Assembly: GCF_036365525.1 (NCBI RefSeq)
Contig: NC_090403.1
Location: forward strand, 26,173,461-26,237,460
Length of the DNA stretch: 64,000 nt
From: Heterodontus francisci
Taxonomy: Eukaryota
Reading direction: 5' to 3'
The notes below the pieces were generated by a model. It made no database searches and was not told the DNA's origin. It saw only the letters and a program-made list of their open reading frames with translations. Numbering within the stretch: the stretch's first letter is position 1; each line of letters starts with the position of its first letter. The position numbers and the translations under genes were made by a program. Positions 9,291 to 21,076 of this stretch are shown here, one piece after another.

Positions 9291-10761
9291 ATGATTTTTC
9301 CCAGTGTCTGGAGACTATGGCTTTTGTTCGTCTTGTTGCCCGGGACCCTGAGCCAGGACTGTCAGAGACTCAAGTTACAACAAGATTTGATCAAGAATGC
9401 TGAAAATATCCTGAGTAAAATGGTGAGTTTATATAGAGATTAGAGAAACCAATCTTAACCATTAGTTTCTTGGGATAATCTCCTGTCGTTGAACTGCTGA
9501 GACTGAATCCGTGCTATTACAAAAGGGCATGAACCAATGTGCAAGTCACATCGAAGCATTCAGATAACGAAGCAAATTTTGTATAAAAACGACTGATTCA
9601 GTTAGATGGTCAATTAAATTTGTGAGAGGTAAAATCTTTAAACAAATGGCGGGATGGCAATGATAAACTGTAGTGGTTTTCAGAAAACATTTCTGAGAGT
9701 AACTACCGATGGTGAAGTATGTGTTTGGAGCCGGTTCTGACAGTCACTCTCTCCTGTTGTAGGGACGGTCTTTTCCATTCCGGTGTGCACCAGAAAGGCA
9801 ATCGCTGAGAACCAAGCCCCTGAACCTGCATCAGCTCGTCAAGGGGTTAGAGGTGAGTGCGTACTTTGCACAACTGTCTGCTCATTCTGCTAATGTTGCC
9901 AGGAGCCATAACTATGCGGGAAATATATCCACCTCACCAACATAGAAATAAAATAAATAATGTATAGCAATTTATTCAATTTATAAAGAATGAACATTTC
10001 CTGTGGGGACGGACGAACACTGCGGAATGGTTTAACGTCCTTCCAGCAACTTGCATCAAGATGTTATTCTGCTAAAATAAACGGTTTAACTAGCCCACAG
10101 TGGAATGTGGTGGGATCAAGTTCGTGTTAACCAATGTTGCTAACAGCAGTAAGCAGCTGTGGTTTTAAATTCGGAATCTTTGCATATTTGCATCTATGGA
10201 TATGAAAATATGAAATGTCTAAGTTGTTGTAATTGGCTGTGAGTTTTGCTCCATTCGCGCCGGTTAAAGGGGAACATGTTCCCTCTAATGTCATTATGTA
10301 TGTATTTTGCACAGGCCCAGGACAAGATCCAAATTGTCCATCAAATTCTGCGTCACATCATCAAGATCTACAGCATGAACATGGCCTCAGTCACATGGCC
10401 CCGGGACATGGTGGAAAACTTTCGTCTTCACCTGGATCGGGAGCTCGGAGAGTTGGAAGAATGTGTCAGGAAACCGGGATCAGAGTCCAGGCTGAAGAGA
10501 AACGCTGCCATTCACCAATACTTCAGGAAACTGAGAAAGTTTCTCAAACAGAAGGTGGGACAATTGCTATTTGACTGTGTGATTTCTGACGTGTAGTTTA
10601 TTTCACCCCATTTAAATCCGTTCATTTTCTCATGAATTTTCCTGAATATTTCTCCTTTTCAGAGATTCGGTGACTGTGCCTGGGAAATAATCCGCGATGA
10701 GACCAGGGCCCGATTACAACAGATCCTTTCAATAACGGGACAAATTGGCAGAAAAAATTAA
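9291..10761 (+). CDS. IFN1: Type I interferon, subfamily B copy 1, 186 aa, four Cys
   Basis: Exons 9291-9422 (MIFPSVWRLWLLFVLLPGTLSQDCQRLKLQQDLIKNAENILSKM), 9763-9852 (GRSFPFRCAPER...KGLE), 10315-10554 (AQDKIQIVHQIL...EECVRK...QYFRKLRKFLKQK) and 10663-10761 (RFGDCAWEIIRDETRARLQQ...KN*). All introns are GT-AG and phase 0. Signal peptide, Cys 24/52/124/159 and CAWE motif present. Confidence 0.95.
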
Positions 10762-11077
10762 AGATTTTCCATAGATATATTTAATCGAGACTGGGAATAA
10801 TCATATTTATTTAAAAATTGTTGAATATTATGCAAGTTTATGTTGTTCAATCTACCATGCAAACTGTGACAGAATAACATTTCTAATACATTTCTAATAT
10901 TTAATTTATGATTTTAATATTTATATCTCGATGTACTGTGTAAACATATTTCAAATTGTAAGATATTTAGTGTATTCCAGAGGCGCTGAAAGATATATAT
11001 TTAAGCCAGTTCTATATTCGAACAGACTTTGTATTGATTGGCATCGGATGTGTCCCAAATTGCAGCTCCTTAATAAA
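10762..11077 (+). promoter_or_regulatory. IFN-B1 3' UTR with AU-rich elements and poly(A) signal
   Basis: About eight ATTTA pentamers; AATAAA at 11072-11077, which is also conserved in psiB (43404-43409). Confidence 0.75.
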
Positions 11078-12472
11078 TATTTTGTACTTTGATATTTATG
11101 AAGTGGTCTTCTTTCCTAGATTGTTGCTCATGTCCTTTGTATATGTTTCTGCTGACCTTGTATACGATATTGAAATCATCACCACCACTCATCTCTAACT
11201 AATATCTGATTGAGAATTGTCAGCCTTTTGACTTTATCTCTGTAGTTCAAGTGCACTGATTCGGGTCATTTTGAGTGCTCTTCCCAGTGAAGATTGTTCC
11301 GTGCATTCAAATAAATGGAACCATTTACCCGCAACTGGAGAACTGGCACATTTCCAGGAAATTAAATGGCATGATGGAGGTAACATTGCTCCTGTGAGTC
11401 CCTGTTGAGCTGCGCTATTCCCATTCTGATCCGAAATTTATTGAATTGTTGTTGGAATATATTGAGACCATTTACCAGTACTACATCTGTTTAAAAATAA
11501 AGTAGAAATTTTCTCTTCATTTTCATTTTTTTAATCCTTCATAGATCCCTTTTTACCAGTTTTCCTGCTTGAATGTGCAATCTGCGGCGTTTGTTTTCAG
11601 GAATCAGTCATAAACAATGTGTGAAGGAAAACAAACGTATATTGGTGACTCCGGAAATGAAGAGTTCCTTGCCATTCTATACAGACTTCAAAACTGGGAA
11701 TTACATTGATAAATTTATTCTTTTTATGAATGGTATATTTTGGCTAAATTTTAGCATCGAGAAAAATGATCGAATTATTCACAACATCGAATTCGACTGA
11801 ATAGAAACAAAAACAAAAATGTTGTAGAGAAATGGTTGTAAATCAGAACAAGTAAAAATCAACAACTGCATCTAAAGATAGAACAATACAATTAAAATCA
11901 GATTAAGCAGCAGTTACTGGCTCTTGTGTTTAGGCTCCCATTCATTACAGGCACTCTAACAAAATAGGCAATGACTGGGGCGGAGGCTGCCCAAAGCAGT
12001 CATCGGTGATCTTCTCCCACAATGTTTTTTATCCAGTACCATTCACATCGTACCACGCATTGACACTAATGTCAATGGGAAGAGATTAGAGCACTAATGG
12101 TGAATTTGTGGACAGTCATTCAAGTGTCGAGGGTGGAACAGACTTTGAAGCTATTTAGCTTGAGACTATTTCTTCCAGTGCAACTCACCCATCGAGCCTT
12201 GACTCCAGGTTCAGGTCATGGTTACATTTAATGTTCCTGTCAAACAAAACACATCCGACAGCTATAATGTGAATGTACCTTTAAGGTGCAGTATTGCTGC
12301 CACTTTTCCAACGAGGCCAAGCCAGGTTTTAGTGTGCGTTGAGGTAAATGTGGCAGTATAATTCAGATTACAGAGTGCATTCATATTATGTGGGTTGGAA
12401 TCCCCTCTGGAGATTTCTCACAGGTCTTTGAAATGGCACCCAGTCAACTCCAGCCTCAGGATACAGAGTTGG

Positions 12473-14505
12473 GAACATAGGAACATAGGAGCAGGAGTAG
12501 GCCAAACAGCCCATCGAGCCTGCCCCGCCATTCAATATGATCATGGCTGATCATCCACTTCAATGCCTTTTTCCCACACTATCCTCACATCCCCTTGTAT
12601 TGTCATTTGTATTTAGAAATCTGCCAATCTACACTTTAAACATACTCAATGGCTGAGCTTCCACAGCCCTCTGGGGTAGAGAATTCCAAAGATTCACAAC
12701 CCTCTGAGTAAAGAAATTTCTCCTCATCTCTATCCTAAGTGGCTTCCCCCTTATTTTGAAATTGTGCCCCTGGTTCCGGACTCCCCAACCAGTGGAAACA
12801 TTTTACCCGCATCTACCCTGTCTATCCCTTTAAGTCTTTTGTAGGTTTCAATGAGATCACCTCTCATTCTTTGAAACTCTAGAGAATACAGGCCTAGTTT
12901 CCCCAATCTCTCTTCATAGGACAGTCCTGCCATCCTGGGAACAGGTCTGGTGAACCTTCGGTGCACTCCCTTCATGGCAATAATATCCTTTCTAAAGTAA
13001 GCGGACCAAAATTGCACACAGTACTCCAAGTGCGATCTAACCAAGGTTCTCGACAATTGAAGCAAGACTTCACTAGTCCTGTATTCAAATCCTCTTGCGA
13101 TAAAGGTCAACATATCATTAGCCTTCCTACTTGCTTGCTGTACCTGCATGTTAGCTTTCAGTGACTTGTTGACAAGGACACCTTTGTACATCTACACTTT
13201 CTAATTTCTTACAATTTAAGAAATACTCTGCACATCTATTCCTCCTACCAAAGTGGATAACCTCACATTTTCCCACATTATATTCCATTTGCCACATTCC
13301 TGCCCACTGACTAAGTCTGTCCAAATCCCCTTGAAGCTGCTTTGCATCTTCCTCACAACACACATTCCCACCTAGTTTTGTGTCATCCGCAAACTTGGAA
13401 ATACTACATTTGGTCCCCACATCCAAATCATTGATACATATTGTGAACAGCTGATGCCCAAGCACTGATCCCTGCAGTATCCCACAAGTCACAGTCTGCC
13501 AATGTGAGAATGGCCCATTTATTCCTACTCTCTGCTTTCTGCCTTTTAACTAATCTTTAATCCATGCCAGTATATTATTTCTTATCCCATGTGCTTTAAT
13601 TTTGCTAACCAACCTCCTGTGGGGGACTTTATCAAAAGCCTTCTGAAAATCCAAGTATACTACGTCCACCAACTCCCCTTTATCAATTCTGTTAGCATCA
13701 TCCTCAAAAAACTCCAAAAGATTCACCAAACATGATTTCCCATTCATAAACCCATGTTGATTTTGCCCAACATTATTACCCAAGTGTCCATTTATCACAT
13801 CCTTTCGAACAGATTCTCGCATTTTCTCAATGACTGATGTAAGGCTAACAGGTCTGTAATTCCCTGTTTTCTCTCTCCCTCCCTTCTTAAATAGTGGGGT
13901 GACATTTGTGACTTTCCAATCTGCAGGAACCACTCCAGAATCTATTGAATTTTGGAAGATGATCACCAATGCATCCACTATCTCCATAGCTACCTCTTAC
14001 AACACTCTGGGATGTCAAATATCAGGTCCTGGGACTTATCAACCATCAGCCCCATTAATTTTTCCAATAGAATATTCTTACTAATACTAATTTCCTCCAA
14101 TTCCTCATTCCCTCTAATCCCTTGTGTCTCTAATTCTGGAAGAGCTCTTGTATCTTCCTCCTTGAAGACAGACACAAAGTAATCATTTAGCTTCTCTGTT
14201 ATTTCTTTATTCCCCATTATAAATTCTCCTGACTCTGTCTTAGCCAAACGTTTCCTTTTTATGTACCTGTAGAAGCTTTTACAGTCCCTTTTTATATTTT
14301 TTGCTAGCTTACATTCATATTCTATTCTCCCTTTCTTTATAAGTTCTTTTGTCCTCCTTTTCTGTATTCTAAAATACTCCCAATCCTCAGGTTTACTACT
14401 GTTTCTGGCAACTTAATAAATAGGCCTTTTCTTTTAATTTTATACAATCCTTAACAAACTTTGTTATCCATGGTTGACTGCCATTACTTTTGGGGGTTCT
14501 GTGCC
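12473..14505 (-). mobile_element. CR1 LINE (RT domain), truncated at the duplication junction
   Basis: WKVTNVTPLFKKG..GNYRPVSLTS, YLDFQKAFDKVPH, QGSVLG, KFADDTKL; frameshifted. Confidence 0.95.
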
Positions 14506-17500
14506 TTACCATCTCTGAATCTCCCATCCTCAAAATCCAGGATGTTACCATTGCCCGGAAGCTTGACTGTACCAGCCATAGAAATACTGTGGCTATGAGA
14601 GTAGGCCAGAGGCTGGGCATTCTCTGGAGACTAACTCACCTTTTAACTCCCTGAAGCTTATCCACCATCTACAGGGCACAAGTTAGACGTGTGATAGAAT
14701 ATTCTCCACTGGCCAGGATGAGTGCGGCTCCAGCAATGCTCAAGAAGCTTGGCATCATCTAAGAGAATGCACACCGCTTGAACGGTACCCCATCCATCAC
14801 ATTAAGCATTCACCCCCTCTACTATCAGTACACAGTGGCAGCAGTGTGTACCATCTACAAGATGCACTGCAACAACTCACCCAGGCTCCTTCCATGGCAT
14901 TTTCCAAACTCACAACTCTACCACCTTGAAGAGCAACGGCAGCAGACAGATGGAAACAGCACCACCTGCAAGCTACCCTCCAAGTCACACACCATCTGAA
15001 TTGGAACTGTATTAGCATTCCTTCATTGTTGCTAGGTCAAAATCTTGGAACTTCCTCACTAAGCACTGTGTGCATAGATTGCAGCAGTTCAGAAAGTCAG
15101 CTCACCACCACCTTCTCAAGGACAATTAGGAATGGTGAATAAATACTGCCCTTGTCAGCTATACTCACACCCCAGGAATGAATAAAAATATTATTCCATT
15201 CCAAGCAGAACAGTGACATTCCTGGCAGATTTCCAAGCAGAGACATATATGGGTCTGTGCCTCTTTAATTCAATTTCTATGAGGCAGGCTTGGAGGTCTG
15301 AATCAGAATGCAATCCATGTTCTTTTGTGCCCATAAACCACGTCCTGCTGCATTTTTGCGGTTTGCTCCAGAGGATCCTACTGTTGACCTTCTTGAAATG
15401 TTATCTGAGAATTGCGTTATCTGAGAACCAAGCACTGTTTCTTCCTCAGCTGATTGTCCTCCCAGTCTGCTGCAGATGTGCACAGGCTGAACTGTCCTCT
15501 TAAATACTGCAATCCCGTATGTATCCATGCACCGGAGTCATACCACTCACTCCTCAAACAGATATTCAAATAAGCTGATGCAGGAGACCCTCAGTATCAC
15601 CAGCCGGTGCATATCTATGTCTATTGGTGTAATAGTGATGCAGTTCATTGCATGCCTATTATTCGCCTTTCACCCCTAACTGTCTCTATCCTGGCAGCCA
15701 TAAGTCCCACTCACCCATCACGTCCATCCTTGTTAACCTTAATGGATTCCTGGTTCCTAATGTATCATATTTAAAATTCTTGCCTCAAATTTGTAGTTTT
15801 GTGCACTGCCTTTCCTGTCACCTCATTACTGGTGATAGAAACTTCAGCCGTAGGCTCTTCCTCTTCACCTCAAGCCTCAAATTACTGTGGATCTCCACCT
15901 TTCTCCTTCATTCATCAAGCTTTTGGTCATCCTCCTATTCTATACCCCTACGATCGGGCATTCATCCTTCGACATGTTTTATTCATTTGTAAGCTGTCAT
16001 TGATATCTTAAATAAATCACAAAATGCAAGTTGGTGTGCTGTAACTGCCAGCTGACAACACTAAACTATTAGAAACTGGTTTATCTTGATGACACTGATT
16101 TGTTTTTGTGGGCAAAAAATACATGTTTGGGGAAAGTTTACATTGCCCAAATTCTTCACTTACTTGTATTTAATGGACAGAAATGGAACGGAATACTTGA
16201 GCACAACCATTCTTGGACAGGTTTGGCATTTTCTTGTGGACTTGAGACACTGCACACACATGGCACATTTTGAGCAAGTTATTTTTGAAGCTTAAAAAGA
16301 TGGTTTCTTAACAGTGAATAATATGTATTTGACAATATTCGGAGCCCTCTTAATTTGCCAAGCTGGCAGATTGATTGACTGCTCAGTTCACTTACTGTTC
16401 TTGATGTGTGGAAATTGTCTCCTGTTCTTTTTGATAAAGTAATCAGTTGGTTAATATGACTTGAAGTCAGATAGCTGGAATTGCAAGATCACGTCTCTCC
16501 AGACAAGTTAGATTCTATTATATCCTCTTTTTGAATGGTTTACAACTCTCTTCGAAATATTTCTCAATATCTCAACACTTCCAAGTTTGGAAGTGACCTT
16601 TCTCAGCATTTCGTTGTGAGGAAAGAAAGAAAGAAAAGAATCATGAAAGACAACATCTATGGAACAAATTCTACAGGAGAACGGCTGGAGAGAGGAAAGG
16701 ATCATTAATAAGGAGACCGAAGAGATATAGGTCACCGCTTGTGTGTCAATGTGATGCAAAAACTCTCAGATTCAGAAACACAGTAACATTGGCCTATTAG
16801 GTAACGACATTGTAATATTATATACATTTACTTAAATTACATTTAGAACATAAGAAATATTACCAGGAGCAGTCCATTTAGTCCTTCGAGCCTGCTTTAC
16901 AATTCAATACGATCGTGGTTGAACTACCTCTGATCTTCCCCTGTAATTCACATATCCTTTAGTTCCCTTAGTATCCAGAAATCTATGGATTTCTGTTTCG
17001 AATGGATTCAATGATTGAGCATCCACAGGCCTCTGGAGTAGAGAATTCCAAAGATCCACAATGTTTTGAGTGAAGAAATTCCTCCTCATCTCAGTATTAA
17101 ACGCCTTATTCTGAGACTGTGACCTTAATTCTAGATTTCTCTGACAAGGGAAATATCCTCCCAGCATCTACGTTGCCAAGTCCCTTAAGAATTTTATATG
17201 TTTCAATGAGGTCAGCTCTCATTCTTCTAAATTCCAGGGAGTACAGGCTCAGTGCACTCATTCTCTCCTCAGAGGACCATCCCCTCATCCCAATAATGAG
17301 TCTTGTGAACTGTTGTTGCACACCCTCCAAAGCGAGTGTAAGGCTTCCTTAAGTAATGAGACCAAAACTAACATTTAAAACATCCACCCAAATACATAGC
17401 ACCTTAAACTGACAGCTGTTCCCGATGTAGAATGGTTCCGCATTTTAGGATCTTAAAATATATATTATAACATTTTATTCATTGGATTTGTAAGTCCCAG

Positions 17501-17609
17501 GACCTGAGGAACAACCGATGTGAAATCTAGAGAAACATCTGCCCGGTATTTAATACCGAAGAATATTTATTGTATCTTAATTTACGAGAGACAATTCTCT
17601 TTTTTAATT

Positions 17610-17755
17610 AAGCAGAAAGTGAAAGATTTCAAATTGAACTAATCACTTAGGAAAGAAGTTCAAAAGATTCCCTGAAAATGCACTGTGGTTAGAAGCAAAA
17701 TCGATCCGTTTTTGTAACGTCAAAGGAATATCCTGGTCTCCACTTTAAAATGGGT
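17610..17755 (+). promoter_or_regulatory. IFN-B2 promoter
   Basis: GAAAGTGAAAG at 17615-17625 plus the same CRE/kB/TATA-like motifs as copy 1. Confidence 0.7.
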
Positions 17756-17895
17756 TAATCTCACCAAGAAGGAACATTCCTTTCAATCCAACAGTGAGGG
17801 ACTTCAGCTCGTGTTGATATTGTTTTTGGAGCTGAACCCCGATCCAATTCATTACTGCGAATTCAGATCTCGGCTTTTCCCTGTGTTGGTTGAAC

Positions 17896-19366
17896 ATGAT
17901 TTTTCCCAGTGTCTGGAGACTATGGATTTTGTTCGTCTTGTTGCCCGGGACCCTGAGCCAAGACTGTCAGAGACTCAAGTTACAACAAGATTTGATCAAG
18001 AATGCTGAAAATATCCTGAGTAAAATGGTGAGTTTATATAGAGATTAGAGAAACCAATCTTAACCATTAGTTTCTTGGGATAATCTCCTGTCGTTGAACT
18101 GCTGAGACTGAATCCGTGCTATTACAAAAGGGCATGAACCAATGTGCAAGTCACATCGAAGCATTCAGATAACGAAGCAAATTTTGTATAAAAACGACTG
18201 ATTCAGTTAGATGGTCAATTAAATTTGTGAGAGGTAAAATCTTTAAACAAATGGCGGGATGGCAATGATAAACTGTAGTGGTTTTCAGAAAACATTTCTG
18301 AGAGTAACTACCGATGGTGAAGTATGTGTTTGGAGCCGGTTCTGACAGTCACTCTCTCCTGTTGTAGGGACGGTCTTTTCCATTCCGGTGTGCACCAGAA
18401 AGGCAATCGCTGAGAACCAAGCCCCTGAACCTGCATCAGCTCGTCAAGGGGTTAGAGGTGAGTGCGTACTTTGCACAACTGTCTGCTCATTCTGCTAATG
18501 TTGCCAGGAGCCATAACTATGCGGGAAATATATCCACCTCACCAACATAGAAATAAAATAAATAATGTATAGCAATTTATTCAATTTATAAAGAATGAAC
18601 ATTTCCTGTGGGGACGGACGAACACTGCGGAATGGTTTAACGTCCTTCCAGCAACTTGCATCAAGATGTTATTCTGCTAAAATAAACGGTTTAACTAGCC
18701 CACAGTGGAATGTGGTGGGATCAAGTTCGTGTTAACCAATGTTGCTAACAGCAGTAAGCAGCTGTGGTTTTAAATTCGGAATCTTTGCATATTTGCATCT
18801 ATGGATATGAAAATATGAAATGTCTAAGTTGTTGTAATTGGCTGTGAGTTTTGCTCCATTCGCGCCGGTTAAAGGGGAACATGTTCCCTCTAATGTCATT
18901 ATGTATGTATTTTGCACAGGCCCAGGACAAGATCCAAATTGTCCATCAAATTCTGCGTCACATCATCAAGATCTACAGCATGAACATGGCCTCAGTCACA
19001 TGGCCCCGGGACATGGTGGAAAACTTTCGTCTTCACCTGGATCGGGAGCTCGGAGAGTTGGAAGAATGTGTCAGGAAACCGGGATCAGAGTCCAGGCTGA
19101 AGAGAAACGCTGCCATTCACCAATACTTCAGGAAACTGAGAAAGTTTCTCAAACAGAAGGTGGGACAATTGCTATTTGACTGTGTGATTTCTGACGTGTA
19201 GTTTATTTCACCCCATTTAAATCCGTTCATTTTCTCATGAATTTTCCTGAATATTTCTTCTTTTCAGAGATTCGGTGACTGTGCCTGGGAAATAATCCGC
19301 GATGAGACCAGGGCCCGATTACAACAGATCCTTTCAATAACGGGACAAATTGGCAGAAAAAATTAA
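17896..19366 (+). CDS. IFN1: Type I interferon, subfamily B copy 2, 186 aa
   Basis: Exons 17896-18027, 18368-18457, 18920-19159, 19268-19366; differs from copy 1 at protein level only by L11I in the signal peptide. Confidence 0.95.
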
Positions 19367-21076
19367 AGATTTTCCATAGATATATTTAATCGAGACTGGG
19401 AATAAACATATTTATTTAAAAATTGTTGAATATTATGCAAGTTTATGTTGTTCAATCTACCATGCAAACTGTGACAGAATAACATTTCTAATAAATTTCT
19501 AATATTTAATTTATGATTTTAATATTTATATCTCGATGTACTGTGTAAACATATTTCAAATTGTAAGATATTTAGTGTATTCCAGAGGCGCTGAAAGATA
19601 TATATTTAAGCCAGTTCTATATTCGAACAGACTTTGTATTGATTGGCATCGGATGTGTCCCAAATTGCAGCTCCTTAATAAATATTTTGTACTTTGATAT
19701 TTATGAAGTGGTCTTCTTTCCTAGATTGTTGCTCATGTCCTTTGTATATGTTTCTGTTGACCTTGTATACGATATTGAAATCATCACCACCACTCATCTC
19801 TAACTAATATCTGATTGAGAATTGTCAGCCTTTTGACTTTATCTCTGTAGTTCAAGTGCACTGATTCGGGTCATTTTGAGTGCTCTTCCCAGTGAAGACT
19901 GTTCCGTGCATTCAAATAAATGGAACCATTTACCCGCAACTGGAGAACTGGCACATTTCCAGGAAATTAAATGGCATGATGGAGGTAACATTGCTCCTGT
20001 GAGTCCCTGTTGAGCTGCGCTATTCCCATTCTGATCCGAAATTTATTGAATTGTTGTTGGAATATATTGAGACCATTTACCAGTACTACATCTGTTTAAA
20101 AATAAAGTAGAAATTTTCTCTTCATTTTCATTTTTTTAATCCTTCATAGATCCCTTTTTACCAGTTTTCCTGCTTGAATGTGCAATCTGCGGCGTTTGTT
20201 TTCAGGAATCAGTCATAAACAACGTGTGAAGGAAAACAAACGTATATTCGTGACTCCGGAAATGAAGAGTTCCTTGCCATTCTATACAGACTTCAAAACT
20301 GGGAATTACATTGATAAATTTATTCTTTTTATGAATGGTATATTTTGGCTAAATTTTAGCATCGAGAAAAATGATAGAATTATTCACAACATCGAATTCG
20401 ACTGAATAGAAACAAAAACAAAAATGTTGTAGAGAAATGGTTGTAAATCAGAACAAGTAAAAATCAACAACTGCATCTAAAGATAGAACAATACAATTAA
20501 AATCAGATTAAGCAGCAGTTACTGGCTCTTGTGTTTAGGCTCCCATTCATTACAGGCACTCTAACAAAATAGGCAATGACTGGGGCGGAGGCTGCCCAAA
20601 ACAGTCATCGGTGATCTTCTCCCACAATGTTTTTATCCAGTACCATTCACATCGTACCACGCATTGACACTAATGTCAATGGGAAGAGATTAGAGCACTA
20701 ATGGTGAATTTGTGGACAGTCATTCAAGTGTCGAGGGTGGAACAGACTTTGAAGCTATTTAGCTTGAGACTATTTCTTCCAGTGCAACTCACCCATCGAG
20801 CCTTGACTCCAGGTTCAGGTCATAGTTACATTTAATGTTCCTGTCAAACAAAACACATCCGACAGCTATAATGTGAATGTACCTTTAAGGTGCAGTATTG
20901 CTGCCACTTTTCCAACGAGGCCAAGCCAGGTTTTAGTGTGCGTTGAGGTAAATGTGGCAGTATAATTCAGATTACAGAGTGCATTCATATTATGTGGGTT
21001 GGAATCCCCTCTGGAGATTTCTCACAGGTCTTTGAAATGGCACCCAGTCAACTCCAGCCTCAGGATACAGAGTTGG

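Larger units (their letters stand above)
5894..14505 (+). repeat. Tandem segmental duplication unit 1 (~8.6 kb)
   Basis: Sequence and ORF track repeat with a period of ~8604-8612 nt. Confidence 0.95.

Noticed and set aside
9206-9403. 65-aa ORF over exon 1
   Set aside because: Wrong frame; the true exon 1 starts at ATG 9291.
10233-10574. 113-aa overlapping ORF repeated in all B copies, with a similar frame open in psiB
   Set aside because: An alternate frame of exon 3 with a TTG start; recurrence is explained by duplication and there is no recognisable domain.
10246-10596. Single-ORF (intronless) interferon suggested by the ORF track
   Set aside because: It is exon 3 plus intron read-through; it has a non-ATG start, no signal peptide and clear splice sites.
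11352-11360. GAS/STAT motif TTCCAGGAA downstream of B genes
   Set aside because: A single 9-mer expected by chance, with no independent conservation visible.
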